Assembly: GCA_000004985.1 (NCBI GenBank) | Contig: GG738850.1 | DNA: 64,000 nucleotides | Origin: Naegleria gruberi | Lineage: Eukaryota | Strand: one strand, 5' to 3' | Shown here: piece after piece, positions 34,900-46,161 of the stretch | Layout of the letters: the number at the start of each line of letters is the position of its first letter | Numbering within the stretch: the stretch's first letter is position 1 | Notes under the pieces: generated by a model | The model's database searches: none | Seen by the model: the letters and a program-made list of their open reading frames with translations, nothing else | Told to the model about the DNA's origin: nothing | Made by a program: the position numbers and the translations under genes

Positions 34900-36849
34900 T
34901 CAAACTTTCTTGTTATTAGTACACTTATTGGGAGAACAAGAACATTTTGATGTACAAGGCTTTCCAGCTTTCTTACATGGACACGCTTTCTTACAGGTGG
35001 AACTCTTGGAACAAGTGCATTTTCCGATCATTCCTTTGCTTGGTGGTGGTGGCTTGGTTTCTTTGTTAGCCTTTCGCAACTCTACTCGCCTAACTTTGTA
35101 CGTTTTAGATTGTTTTCTGATTTTATCTTGTTCATATTTTGCATCCAATTTACGAGCATCAATTTTGGACATTATGAATGGAGCTTCGGTAAATTTTTGA
35201 ATTTTCCTTAATTGACAAAATTTTCCCATTAAGCGTTGCCCTATTGCTAAATCAGCTCTTCCACAATAATTATGACTAAAGTCCAATGTTTTTGGCGTGG
35301 TGTGACAAATGGTACTATGTAATGATTCATTGGTTTGGCTGTTATATTCAGAGTTACAAAATTTGTGACAATATTTGATCCTCTTGTCAAATATTTCTTG
35401 CACTATGATTGCTTCTTCTTTTGTAATTAATTTTTGACTTTTTGTTGTTCCAGGACAACCTTCATCGCATTTTGAGTGATCATTTTGTAAATGATATGGA
35501 TATGCTGTTAATAATTTTTTCAACTTCTTCTCAGCTTCTGAATCAGAGAGAGAACTTGTCATTTTGATACATTTTCTGAATGATTCAACCACAATGACTG
35601 CAACACGAGGAATTCTCTCTTTAGCTTCTTTTCTAACGTTTCTGACAACGTGATTGGGATCTAATTTTTCTTCGGCTGTTGGTTCAAGTTTCTTGATTAT
35701 GGTGGAAACAGTCGAGTCCTTATCATGCACATATGAATTGATCTTGAAATGCAAAAGTCCATGACCTGTTAGTGGAAAAGATTTATGTTGCAATGATGTG
35801 ATAGCCATTTTGCATGCCTCTGGTTCCATTAATTTGGAAGCGCCAACAAATATATCTAGACAACCTTTTAAGGCAATGCTACGCTTCTTTAAAGTTCTCT
35901 TCTTAATCACATGTGATCTTTCAATAATTTTTTTGAATTTAGTTTCGAACACAATTAATGTACATTCGTGAGCATTTCGTCTTGAAGAATATCTTGCATC
36001 AACAGAAATATCCAAAGGGATAGCAAAACCACAGACGTACAAATAAATTATTGCCACAACTTCATTCCCTAAATAATAAGACTTTCCACAAATCTTAATT
36101 TCACAAAGCATGAACAAGGAAACAGCTGCCTTCATTCTCTGATATGCCACAGAAAACAATTCCTCGTTCATTTCTTGATTTAACAATCTACTCATATTGT
36201 TCCATAACTTGTTAGCATATTGATAATAAACTCCTTTGCTAACTAACGGTAATTCCACAACCTTTGAAAATGTTGACAATGATTCATAAGTACCTGATGA
36301 CAGTTCGTACGACTGAATGATATGTTTGTTCAGTTTAAGATCTTTTGGACACGTTCTGAAAGTGTACGTCTTCTTACAATTGCTGCAAGAAAAAATCAAC
36401 GTCTGCTCAAAGCCATACTTGGTAATACTTTTAAAAGGTACATCACTATTATGGCAACAAGTGCAATGCTTTGGTTTAATACATTGAATGAGGTACTCTG
36501 TTGGTATGATGGATAGATTGGAATCTATTTTCTCAATGATTTCATTTCTGTCAAGTGGTGCTATAGTTCCAATAGTGGTTTCAGAATGTAAATGAAATTG
36601 ATAAGATTGATTTTGAGTAGAGGTATCGTGTTGCACTGTTTGAATTGTCCTCAAGTTTGAGTTTGTGAATTTTTTCTCCATTTCATGATATTTGTCAAGA
36701 AATTGCTTATAATGTCGACAACAAATAGTGCCATTCAGTTCCTTGTGGTGAATAGGAACTTTGCCAACAAATCCATTCTTTACATTATAGAATCTTGGTG
36801 ACAAAACACCTGATTTTACTACGCACACAAAACACAACTCTCTTTTCAT
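34900..36849 (-). CDS. Cys-rich protein with THAP-like N-terminal zinc finger and CXC-like C-terminus (possibly transposon-derived)
   Basis: The N-terminus has CFVC...(about 33 aa)...CCRH, a C-x2-C...C-x2-H spacing like a THAP finger. Further Cys/His clusters follow. The C-terminal tail is CTCSKSSTCKKACPCKKAGKPCTSKCSCSPNKC. The intronless 649-aa ORF sits in an otherwise empty 2.5-kb interval. Confidence 0.3.
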   Translation of the reverse strand: MKRELCFVCVVKSGVLSPRFYNVKNGFVGKVPIHHKELNGTICCRHYKQFLDKYHEMEKKFTNSNLRTIQTVQHDTSTQNQSYQFHLHSETTIGTIAPLDRNEIIEKIDSNLSIIPTEYLIQCIKPKHCTCCHNSDVPFKSITKYGFEQTLIFSCSNCKKTYTFRTCPKDLKLNKHIIQSYELSSGTYESLSTFSKVVELPLVSKGVYYQYANKLWNNMSRLLNQEMNEELFSVAYQRMKAAVSLFMLCEIKICGKSYYLGNEVVAIIYLYVCGFAIPLDISVDARYSSRRNAHECTLIVFETKFKKIIERSHVIKKRTLKKRSIALKGCLDIFVGASKLMEPEACKMAITSLQHKSFPLTGHGLLHFKINSYVHDKDSTVSTIIKKLEPTAEEKLDPNHVVRNVRKEAKERIPRVAVIVVESFRKCIKMTSSLSDSEAEKKLKKLLTAYPYHLQNDHSKCDEGCPGTTKSQKLITKEEAIIVQEIFDKRIKYCHKFCNSEYNSQTNESLHSTICHTTPKTLDFSHNYCGRADLAIGQRLMGKFCQLRKIQKFTEAPFIMSKIDARKLDAKYEQDKIRKQSKTYKVRRVELRKANKETKPPPPSKGMIGKCTCSKSSTCKKACPCKKAGKPCTSKCSCSPNKCTNNKKV

Positions 36850-37323
36850 TTTTTTGTGATTATTTTGTTGTTTGATTATTTTGTGTGTATTTCAAAACAG
36901 CCAAACTTTGCTTAAAATCACAATCAAAGCATTAGCAAACATCTCGGAAACAATTCATTAGATAGACAACTTGTAGTTGGATCGTGTGTATTCTCTGATG
37001 AGTGAAACTAGGTGAAACTGGCACAGTAACATTCAAATTATAAATAACAAAAATTAAATATTTGTGATGACGATAGAAAATTGATGATTAAAAACTTGAA
37101 GAGTATTAGACATCAAACAGGCAAGCAGAATAAAAGATGAATTGAAGATGGTTTATAATAGCTTGTCCAATGCGAGTGTAAAGGAGCAAAATTGTATTTC
37201 ATTGCAAACATTTTTTTTTTCATTGAAGGAATATTTTTGGAAGACCCACCTTAACAAACTTTACAAAACCTTGTAAGTGAATTTAACTGTTGATTAAAAA
37301 TAGCTGGAAAAAATTTAAAAAAA

Positions 37324-38064
37324 ATGAGAACAAGGATTGTGATTGGAAAGCATTCATTTCAATCCATTGAAGATGAACAACACAAATCGGACAAGAAACA
37401 ATTAAAAAGTAAACTAACAAAAGAGTTTGAATCTTCCGAAGATATTTTGAAAAGCTTTGATGACTTGAAGGGAGTTATTGAAAACTATTTGAAAGAATTT
37501 GATGATCAAATAGAAATAGCTACTTTTAGAATTACTGCTAGAATAAAAACCACAACTACGAGACAAAAACCAATTGGTTTGAGAGATGAAGGTGATTTCA
37601 GCAAATTAGTTGAGTTGGTGAAAATGTTGAATGATCAAGAAGAAGAGGCCATGTTGACCATCAAGTTGGATAGTAAGGAAAAGAAACATCATAAAAAACA
37701 TAAGAAGGAGAAGAGAAAACGAAATGAAGTGGCAGACGAAGATGATGGTAGTGATGAAGAAATTGATAACAAGAAGAAGCAAATTAAAACACTAACAGAA
37801 ATGATTGAAAATAGCAAGCAACAGTTGAAGGGTTTGCAATCTGAATTGAGTGAGCTTAAGGTGATGAAATCTAATGAAAATCAAATAACTGGTATGATGA
37901 ATAGTGTATCACTTGATTCTCAACCAAAGGAAGAGAATACTTCATCTTCTAAAACAATTGAAGAGCGTCAGCAAATCAAAAGAGAAAGAAAGAATAAGAA
38001 AGAAAGAAAACATGACAAACATGGTAAAGATAAATATGAGAAAAAGAAGAAACATCTCAAGTAA
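37324..38064 (+). CDS. Hypothetical Lys/Glu-rich protein (nucleolar-type low complexity)
   Basis: An ORF with KKHHKKHKKEKRKRNE and an acidic DEDDGSDEE stretch. No family was recognised. Confidence 0.35.
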   Translation: MRTRIVIGKHSFQSIEDEQHKSDKKQLKSKLTKEFESSEDILKSFDDLKGVIENYLKEFDDQIEIATFRITARIKTTTTRQKPIGLRDEGDFSKLVELVKMLNDQEEEAMLTIKLDSKEKKHHKKHKKEKRKRNEVADEDDGSDEEIDNKKKQIKTLTEMIENSKQQLKGLQSELSELKVMKSNENQITGMMNSVSLDSQPKEENTSSSKTIEERQQIKRERKNKKERKHDKHGKDKYEKKKKHLK

Positions 38065-38186
38065 TAGTTGGTACTCACACATTTGTTGTGTTGAGAAAAT
38101 GCATTTATAGCTGGATTCTGGAATGTAACTATATGCCAACAATAAACATCTCAAATTACTCAAATTCTAATGTGCTAGTGTACCAT

Positions 38187-40029
38187 TTAAATATTTCGAA
38201 ATGATGAATAGTCATTATTGAGCTCAAGCTCTTCTCCTCCGAGCTTGGATGGAAGACGCACTTTTTCCAGCCTTCTCTTGGAGGTTGTCAAATCCATCCA
38301 TGAATTTGAATATCTTAATGTGTTGACCATATTCTTTCTCATCTTCCATTTCTTCCTTCTAACATAAATCTTTCTACATAGCCAAAAACTTGTCAACAAC
38401 AGTAAGAATGACACTAATAACAACACCCCAGTAGAGGTTCCAATTGTAATCCACATACTTGTGCTGGATTCTTCATCCATACAATATCCACAATAATTAC
38501 AACTCTTTCCTTCTTCAATTCTCAACATTTGAAGATATTCGTCTGGAATTTTCTTTGGACAAGTAAATCTTTGGGCTCTTTCTTTGAATTCTGTTGAATT
38601 TTCAATAAATCTGGCCGAAATGGCAGCTAATGCAACTCCCAAAAACCTTCCCTTAGAAGTTGAGCATGAAGTTGAAACAGTGACTACATTTCCCAACCCT
38701 GTTACATCACCAAAAGGACCTATCCAAGTTGCATCTCTTTCTTCATATCTTGCACTGAGATATTCATAGTACGATCCCATACTCGTGGTTAAATCTTGAA
38801 TTCTTTTATCTTCAATTACACTCCAAAGCCCACGATTCTCACAAGCAATTCTCTTTGGTATTTCTGTGTCTGCCACTGATCCCAAACTAAAGCCAAATAT
38901 TTTTGCTTGATATTCAATGTTTCTTTTACGTATAAGTGGAATGGGATTAGCTCCTTTTGTAATTGTGCCATCAGTAAGGAACAACACCACCCTGTCACAT
39001 GTAGAGCTGGCTATTTCCTCAGATCTATCAAACAAATTAAAAGTTTCATTGAATGCTGCTTCAAAATTAGTTGAACCAAAGGGCATCATATTCTCAATAC
39101 AGTCTATCAAAGTTTTCTTATTCTGTGCTGTTGCCTTCAGGAGGAACTCTGTTTGTTTTTTGCAAGTAAAAGCGCCAGCATTAAACAGTACTATTCCAAC
39201 ATAATCCTTCTCTGTCAGATAATTGATAACTGAACGAGTTGCATAAATTGCATTCTCCAGTCTATGGTAAGCACCCATTGATGATGAAACATCCAAGATA
39301 ATTATAATTGATTTGGATGTTGAGGCTGTGCCCATAAACCATCCTCTTAACCTTGGATCAAATCCTGGACAATCCTTTGGAGGATCTCCCAATTTGCATG
39401 CTGTTGGAGTTTCTGGTTCAGCAAATCTCCATTTATAACCAGGATATATTTGTGAAACACCTTTTGGTGATGTGAATATTTGTCTCTTAATAAATGGAAA
39501 CTTCTGCATGTTCGAGATGAATGTTGGACGGATTGAGCCTGCCATACATTCAACTGATTTGAGTTGTGGCTGCTTTCTATTAATGTGTGGTGAGTATAAG
39601 ACCTTTCATTTCACTATTTAACATTTCCCTCAATTGAATTTAACATACCACTGGATATTTGAGAGAAAGCTTCTCTCCTTGACATCGACATTCTCCACCT
39701 GTTCCAAATCCTTGAACACAATCAAAAAAAGGTATTCTCCTTTCAAGTTGTGGGTCACATGTATCAAAATAGACACATTCACGTTGATCAAAGGAAGAGA
39801 ATTTAGAGTAAAAATCTTCTGCAGTTCTGCACAAATCAAAAACAGCTTTTTCCAATTGATCCAATAACTGTTTATCCTCCTCACTTCCGACAATTAAATG
39901 TACTCCAATAGATATAATAACGAGTAATATTAATATTTTGTATTGTGTTCGGTGGCTGTTCCATAACCTTAATAATTGTTTGGATGGATAATTTTTCAGC
40001 TTGACTTTTCCTCTGTCCAATTTGCGCAT
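38187..40029 (-). CDS. Secreted or membrane protein with von Willebrand factor type A (VWA) domain
   Basis: The VWA domain has the DxSxS motif (IIILDVSSSMGAYHRLENAIYATRS...VLFLTDGTITKG). A C-terminal TM is present. The upstream ORF 39640..40029 encodes a signal-anchor plus a Cys-rich segment and joins in frame through a putative 76-nt intron at 39573..39648. That splice is unconfirmed. Confidence 0.5.
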
Positions 40030-40236
40030 TTTGTTTTATTAAATTAAATCACTAAGGATTACATTCGTAATAATTCTTCATCATTGACATTGCTTTCCAC
40101 ATCTCATTGAAACTAACTTTATAATTTGTATTGTACTTGTTATTGAAAAGTAATTTCCCGCCAAAATATTTACAAGTTCAAAACCGCTTTAACACTTGAA
40201 ATAACATCAAACCGCCTCATCAAAACAACAAATAAA

Positions 40237-42699
40237 ATGAGTTACATGGACCATGGAGGTTATCACCAACAAGAAGAGGATTTGTATAGCTTTGGAGATG
40301 ATGGTATGGAAGATGATATGATGCAAGGAAATGCATTCTTTGGAGGAAATCCATTTTCAAATTACGGGTTTAATTCTACTGAAACATTGATGAACGATTT
40401 TGGAGAATCTAATATGGCACCAGGTACAAGAGGTGGACCAACAAGACCACTTGTTTCTGGAAATCCTTGGGGAGGCGTTCCTGGAACTGCTTCTAGAGGT
40501 GCTTTCGGAACAGCCTCGGCAGTAGGTGCTGGAGAAGAAGTACAACAAAGACCAATGACTTCTATTAATGCTGCTGGTTTTTCTTCCAAAAAGAAGGATC
40601 CACTTTCTGAAAATTTTGTTGGTGGGAGAGGAAGAGCTCCTGCCCTTCAAAAGAAGAGTGAAATCAGTGATGAGGATGCTGCAGCAGAAATGGAATTGGG
40701 GGTTCATAGATCAGTCGAAGAAAGTGCTCTTTTGTGCCAGAATAAGGATTTTGCTTTGGCTTTAGATAAAGCTAAGGAAGCAGAAAAGAGAGAAAAAGCA
40801 CTTTTAAGATTTAGAGAGGAGAAACAGATAAATCAAGAACAAAATGTGGAACTTTCATATGTAGTACAATTCAACTTAGCCCGAGTATACCAATTAAACG
40901 GAATGTATACAGAGTCTTTGGAAACTTATGAGGCTATTGTTAGGAATAAGGCCACATTTGAACATGCAGGAAGACTTAGAGTGAACATGGGTAATATTTA
41001 TTTTGAAAAAGGAGATTACCCTCTCGCGATCAAAATGTACAGAATGGCTCTGGATCAAATTACAAACGATTACAAGACCATCAGAAATAAGATTAGAAAA
41101 AATATTGGAGTTTCCTTAATTAAATTGGGACAATACTCTGATGCTATCAGCAACTTTGAGGAAGTTATCGAAAATAATAATAACGATATTGATGCTGCAT
41201 TCAATCTTGTGGTTTGCCATTTCAGTACTGGTAATAAGAAGGAAATGAGAAAGGCTTTCCTCAGATTGTTGAATGTTAATATTCCTGGTTTGCCAGCTGA
41301 TGAAGATTTGGATGATGAACATAATTCCCTGATTAATGATGCATTAAGAGATTATTTAAAGGATCACCAAAGAAAGCAATTCGATTTCATTCTTAAGAGT
41401 GCTAAACTTATTGCTGAACTAATTGAAGACGACTGGGAGAAGGGTTATGATTTCGTTATTGAACAACTCAAATCTTATGAATTGAAGAGAGAAAAGTGTA
41501 ATATTGTGAGTGAAGTTGAAATGACAAAGGCCTTAACATACATGAAACACAAGCAATTCTCCAAGGCTATTGAAGCCCTCAAGTCATTCGAAAAGAAGGA
41601 TAGAAAACTTCAAGCTAGATCAGCAACCAATCTCTCATTCTTATATCTTCTTGAAGGAGATATGAAGAATGCTGAAAAATATGCTTCAACAGCTGTAGAA
41701 TCTGACAAATACAATGCCAACGCCTTGGTTAACAGAGGTAACTGTCACTACTTAAACAAGGAATTGAGAGAAGCCAAAGAATACTATCAAAGAGCTCTTG
41801 AATGTGAATCTGACTGTGTCCAAGCAATCTACAATCTTGGTATTGTAACTAGAGATTTGAGGGAATATGAGGAATCATTGGCTTGTTTCAGAAAAGTACA
41901 TTCTATGATTCCTGAAAATATTGAAGTCATTTATCAACTTGCAAGTGTACATTCAAAGATGGGAGACAATATCACAGCAATTGAATGGTTTAATGTGCTG
42001 ATAACTCTTGTTCCAACAGATCCAGGAGTTTTATATGATTTGGGTACAATTTATGCCAAAGAAAATGATGAAAGTCAATCATTCAATTATTATTTGGAAT
42101 CTTACAAGAATTACCCAATTAACCTTGATGTTATCTCATGGCTGGGCTTCTACTTTGTCAAAAATGATATTTATGAGAAGGCTTTGGCATATTTCGAAAG
42201 AGCTTCTGAAATTCAACCAAATAAGTCTGATTGGCAGTTGATGGTAGCCAGTTGTCATAGAAGAATTGGTAATTTACAACAGGCCAAGAAATGCTATGAA
42301 AGAATTCATAATAAGGATCCTGAAAATTATGAATGTGTACAATATTTAGAACAAATCTGTAGAGATCTCAATTTAAGAAAGGAGGAAAGAATGTATGCTG
42401 AGAAGAAGGCAAAATTAAAGAATAGAATGAAGGAAAAGCAAGAAGAGCAAGAAAGGCTTAAAGAGGAATCAAAGGAAAATACTAAGGAAGAGCATGACAA
42501 ATTGCATCAAGAGCTTAAAAACCATGAAAAGACAATTGACATGGTGATTGCTGCCAACAAATCACCAACAGCTAAATCTAAACCTCAACCAACATTTGAT
42601 ATTGAAAATGATACAAATGTAAATGATCGTAAAATTGAGAATGAGGATGACATGCTTAATGTTGATGCTGATGATTACATAGATAGTCTCTATAATTAA
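40237..42699 (+). CDS. IFT88: Intraflagellar transport protein 88 (TPR-repeat IFT-B subunit)
   Basis: 820 aa, intronless. TPR arrays with IFT88-characteristic blocks (NLARVYQLNGMYTESLETYEAIV, RLRVNMGNIYFEKGDYPLAIKMYRMALDQI, IRKNIGVSLIKLGQYSDAISNFE) and a Gly-rich N-terminus. Confidence 0.85.
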   Translation: MSYMDHGGYHQQEEDLYSFGDDGMEDDMMQGNAFFGGNPFSNYGFNSTETLMNDFGESNMAPGTRGGPTRPLVSGNPWGGVPGTASRGAFGTASAVGAGEEVQQRPMTSINAAGFSSKKKDPLSENFVGGRGRAPALQKKSEISDEDAAAEMELGVHRSVEESALLCQNKDFALALDKAKEAEKREKALLRFREEKQINQEQNVELSYVVQFNLARVYQLNGMYTESLETYEAIVRNKATFEHAGRLRVNMGNIYFEKGDYPLAIKMYRMALDQITNDYKTIRNKIRKNIGVSLIKLGQYSDAISNFEEVIENNNNDIDAAFNLVVCHFSTGNKKEMRKAFLRLLNVNIPGLPADEDLDDEHNSLINDALRDYLKDHQRKQFDFILKSAKLIAELIEDDWEKGYDFVIEQLKSYELKREKCNIVSEVEMTKALTYMKHKQFSKAIEALKSFEKKDRKLQARSATNLSFLYLLEGDMKNAEKYASTAVESDKYNANALVNRGNCHYLNKELREAKEYYQRALECESDCVQAIYNLGIVTRDLREYEESLACFRKVHSMIPENIEVIYQLASVHSKMGDNITAIEWFNVLITLVPTDPGVLYDLGTIYAKENDESQSFNYYLESYKNYPINLDVISWLGFYFVKNDIYEKALAYFERASEIQPNKSDWQLMVASCHRRIGNLQQAKKCYERIHNKDPENYECVQYLEQICRDLNLRKEERMYAEKKAKLKNRMKEKQEEQERLKEESKENTKEEHDKLHQELKNHEKTIDMVIAANKSPTAKSKPQPTFDIENDTNVNDRKIENEDDMLNVDADDYIDSLYN

Positions 42700-42704
42700 A
42701 TAAA

Positions 42705-43100
42705 TTAATTATCAAAGTAAAAGTTAAATCTAGGAAATTGAATCTTTTCCAAAATAATAGGTTCAATCCACAAAATAAAGGAGCAAATAACAAAGAAGAT
42801 GAAGAAGAATGTAGCTAATCCCAAGCAAAGAACTGTTCCTCCTGTACCTCCTTGTTTGTTCTTTCTTTTTCCGTGATGAGTTTTAAATTGATTTTGAACT
42901 TGTTGTTGTACAAAAGGTGATGTTTTTAAACTTTTAGTTGGTGTAAATAAATCTATTATAGAAATATCATTGAATTCAGTAAATTGATCATCGGCATCAT
43001 CAACGTTCATGTATTGCCGTCTTCTTCGGGAGGTTCGAAGGTTTCGTGATGAAATGGAAATAGATGAAGGTGATGCTGGTAACGGCATTTTTAATGTCAA
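42705..43100 (-). CDS. Hypothetical small tail-anchored membrane protein
   Basis: A 131-aa ORF with a single C-terminal hydrophobic helix (VLCLGLATFFFIFFVICSFILWI). Weak support. Confidence 0.3.
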   Translation of the reverse strand: MTLKMPLPASPSSISISSRNLRTSRRRRQYMNVDDADDQFTEFNDISIIDLFTPTKSLKTSPFVQQQVQNQFKTHHGKRKNKQGGTGGTVLCLGLATFFFIFFVICSFILWIEPIILEKIQFPRFNFYFDN

Positions 43101-43216
43101 TAATTATAATCAGTTCTATCACAATGTTTTGATTTTCATAAATAAACAATTTTATTGTACACATCATTCAGATGATGAAAGATTTTGAGAATAGTTCTTA
43201 TACTTCCCTAAAATCT

Positions 43217-43825
43217 CTAATCCTTGTATGAAACGAGAGTATCAACCTTGTGAACACTTGTAGAGAAGGATCTCAATCTAACTTCTGATGATTGAGTAAT
43301 GTATTTTGGGTCTGATTCTTCCCAAGCAAAAGGAGTACAAATATCCTTTGAAGTATAAACCAACAAATCGAATGTGCATGGCTCATTCAACAATGGAAGG
43401 AAGGTAACACTGGCAGTGATTTGACGAATTACAGCTTGAATTTCACTTGTAATTTGCTTCAAATCCTTCGTGTTGTGTCCTTCGTTTTCAGTGATGTTAT
43501 CATCAACCTCCAAATCAAATTGCCATCTTTCTAAAACCTCGGAACTATTAACACTTGTAATGACAAGAACAAGCTTTTGTACTTGCTTTTGAAGAAGCCA
43601 GTTTGAAAGTTGGTTGAGCACTTGACTCAAGTACTTTCTCAGCTGTTCATCAGTTGTTACCATCATTGGCAAGCCATATTTTGATACTTTGGTGAATGTT
43701 TCTGGTGGATAAATTCCTCTCTGATAAAGAATACTATTGATACTATATCCGAAAAATTCAGCAACAATTTCAGTGGAACCCTTCAGGGTGATGGTGTTTT
43801 TTGTGGCTTGAGCAGTTGAAGACAT
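43217..43825 (-). CDS. MAD2: Mitotic spindle assembly checkpoint protein MAD2 (HORMA domain)
   Basis: ITLKGSTEIVAEFFGYSINSILYQRGIYPPETFTKVSKYGL...VQKLVLVITS...EVLERWQFDLE...VIRQITASVTFLPLL...CTFDLLVYT...WEESDPKYITQSSEVRLRSFSTSVHKV is collinear with MAD2 over the full length. Confidence 0.95.
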   Translation of the reverse strand: MSSTAQATKNTITLKGSTEIVAEFFGYSINSILYQRGIYPPETFTKVSKYGLPMMVTTDEQLRKYLSQVLNQLSNWLLQKQVQKLVLVITSVNSSEVLERWQFDLEVDDNITENEGHNTKDLKQITSEIQAVIRQITASVTFLPLLNEPCTFDLLVYTSKDICTPFAWEESDPKYITQSSEVRLRSFSTSVHKVDTLVSYKD

Positions 43826-43873
43826 GCTGTGGTGATGATTTTTTTAAATTTTTGTTTATAACGGTTATATTGG

Positions 43874-43882
43874 TTTGGCGCC
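43874..43882. promoter_or_regulatory. E2F-like site TTTGGCGCC in MAD2 divergent promoter
   Basis: The motif lies 48 nt upstream of the MAD2 start and 33 nt before the divergent gene starting at 43915. It matches the E2F consensus TTTSSCGC. Confidence 0.45.
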
Positions 43883-43914
43883 TGATGGAATAACTTTTTG
43901 AATTTTTAAAAAAA

Positions 43915-45173
43915 ATGTGGGATGCATTCGACTTGGATCAACAGCAACAATTATCACAACAAGAAGCTGGTGATGAGCATTCAATGATGGATCACACTCT
44001 TTCGGAAAATCCAAATGATGATGATTATGTATTTTCAATGCAAACAGATGATGAATCAGAGGAGAGGTATTCCGAATCACATAAAATGGATATTAAAGAA
44101 AATCAAGCCATTTCCTTGTTTCATATTCCACAGGAAGTTCTAAATGAAAATCCTGATTTTTCCAGGTTATTACAAACAATTTCTAATCATATATCTCCGG
44201 ACAGTGGAATTGGAAAAGATGAGGAATACGAATTAGAACATTTGGAAAGACAATTCGAGAAGGAGAAGGAAAGATATTTCAAAAACACAATCATAATAGA
44301 TACAATCAAGGAAATGATAGACGATAGTCATCATTATTCTGAGCCGATTCAATCAACACTTTCTCATATAGACAAACTGCTGATAAAATCAGAAATTGAG
44401 ATTGGTATCAATATTTCAGATACTCTCGACTGTGTAAATTTATATGGACTTGATTCTCAAATTTTATCAGACACTATTAATGAGAAGGGGGTTGAAAATT
44501 TGCAAAATAATTTAAGAGAATATATTTACCCTGAATTAATACAGAAATGGGAAGGGTTATATGAAGATTTGCTCACCTTTTATCAACCTTTTCCTGAAGA
44601 GGCAACAAATCTGTTTGCTGACGATTCAAAGAATAGCAAACATTTTTCTCAAATCATTTCAAAACATCTTTCATCTATTAAGAAGGAGAAACACCTCATT
44701 TTGGAACAAAAGCAAAAACTTCAAGAGTATACCTTTACATACTTTAGCAAACTTTCTCAATGTGTACAAATACTCTGTACATTAATTAATCATTACAAGT
44801 GTGGGGAATTCAGACAATACGATGAATCTACCTTGTCTTGGTTAATAGAAAGAACTGAGGCCATGAAACTCAAGTTATGGTATGTATTGATTTTTATTCT
44901 ATTTGTTAACAATTTAATAGTTCAATCAAATATGAGTATCTTGTATCTATTTATGACAAGAATACAGTACCAATCTATTACAAAATGCACAAAATACTTG
45001 CTTCAAATTATAATAATCTAGAAAGTCAAAATAATCAACTGAATGCTGAAATTAAAAAGTATTCAACCTTAGGAGAGGATTTCGAAAAGCTTGTCGAGGA
45101 ATTTTCTATTATTCAGAAAAAGATTAATGAAAAGAAATGGGAAATTGAACAGCTCCACAATCCTAATGACTAG
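43915..45173 (+). CDS. Hypothetical acidic coiled-coil protein
   Basis: ORFs 43915..45021 and 44985..45173 are joined in frame by a 41-nt intron at 44880..44920 (gtatgt...aatttaatag). Confidence 0.5.
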
Positions 45174-45985
45174 TTACTAATATTTTTGGATATTTCTTCA
45201 ATGATACTGTCTGCTCTGGCTATTACTTTTCTGCACTCAGTTTCTGTTTTTTTGAACTCATTGCTATTCAATTTGAATGTATCATTTACAAATGTTTTTA
45301 CATCAGGAAAATCATCAAAACTGAATATTGACTTTTGATTACTATCTACTGTCCATGATTTGATAGGTGGAACTTCAAAATTATCCTCTTTTTCATCAAA
45401 CATTATTGAAGAAAACCTAAGGGCAATATGTTCTCCATTGATAAACTGAAGCTTTTTACATAATTGCTTTAATGTTTCATCAAAGCCTTCCTTTTCACAA
45501 ACTGGGTTTCCCTTTAGATTGATTGATTTCAAGTTTGGAACGTATTGTAATTCTTGTATATCTGTCAAGTTTTCAATATTATTCTTCTCCAGATTGAGGT
45601 GCTGTAAGTGTTTGAGAGAGGAAATACATTCAAGTTTCTTAATTTTGTTATTTGAAAGATTTAATCTTTTTAATTTTGTAATATTTTCCAATCCTTCCAT
45701 AGTTTCAATATCATTATGACTAAGATCAAGGTATTCCAATCTAATACATCTTCCTAAATTTTTAATTTTACTAATTCCTATTGAATTCAAGTCCAATTTA
45801 GCAACACTTCCCAAGTCAAATTGACCCGAGACAGTGCTAATTAAGTTATAATCAATTTCAATTTGTTCATGATAGCCATCCGATATTGAATCACTATCAT
45901 AAGAGATGGCAATACTAGGACTTCCCTCATCCTCACCTGTAGTCAACAAATAGGGTGAGATACTTATTGTAGGGAGAGCAGTCAT
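45170..45985 (-). CDS. Leucine-rich repeat protein (SDS22-like LRRs)
   Basis: LEYLDLSHNDIETMEGLENITKLKRLNLSNNKIKKLECISSLKHLQHLNLEKNNIENLTDIQ... followed by an LRRcap-like region. Confidence 0.6.
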   Translation of the reverse strand: MTALPTISISPYLLTTGEDEGSPSIAISYDSDSISDGYHEQIEIDYNLISTVSGQFDLGSVAKLDLNSIGISKIKNLGRCIRLEYLDLSHNDIETMEGLENITKLKRLNLSNNKIKKLECISSLKHLQHLNLEKNNIENLTDIQELQYVPNLKSINLKGNPVCEKEGFDETLKQLCKKLQFINGEHIALRFSSIMFDEKEDNFEVPPIKSWTVDSNQKSIFSFDDFPDVKTFVNDTFKLNSNEFKKTETECRKVIARADSIIEEISKNISN

Positions 45986-45994
45986 TTTTTTCTA

Positions 45995-46004
45995 TTTTGG
46001 CGCC
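45995..46004. promoter_or_regulatory. E2F-like site TTTTGGCGCC in a divergent promoter
   Basis: The site lies between the LRR gene (minus strand, start 45985) and the gene at 46162 (plus strand). A second GC-rich box, GGCGCGAG, is at 46023..46030. Confidence 0.4.
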
Positions 46005-46161
46005 CAATCACACTACATTAAAGGCGCGAGAACCTCATTGTGTGTAGTTATTGTTCACCACCAACAAACAAACGAAGATAAGTCCAGTTAGCTGAATATG
46101 ATTGTCTGCTGAAAATACCTGTTGTAGTGAGAGTGGATTTGCTGTTCGTAAATTTAAAAAA

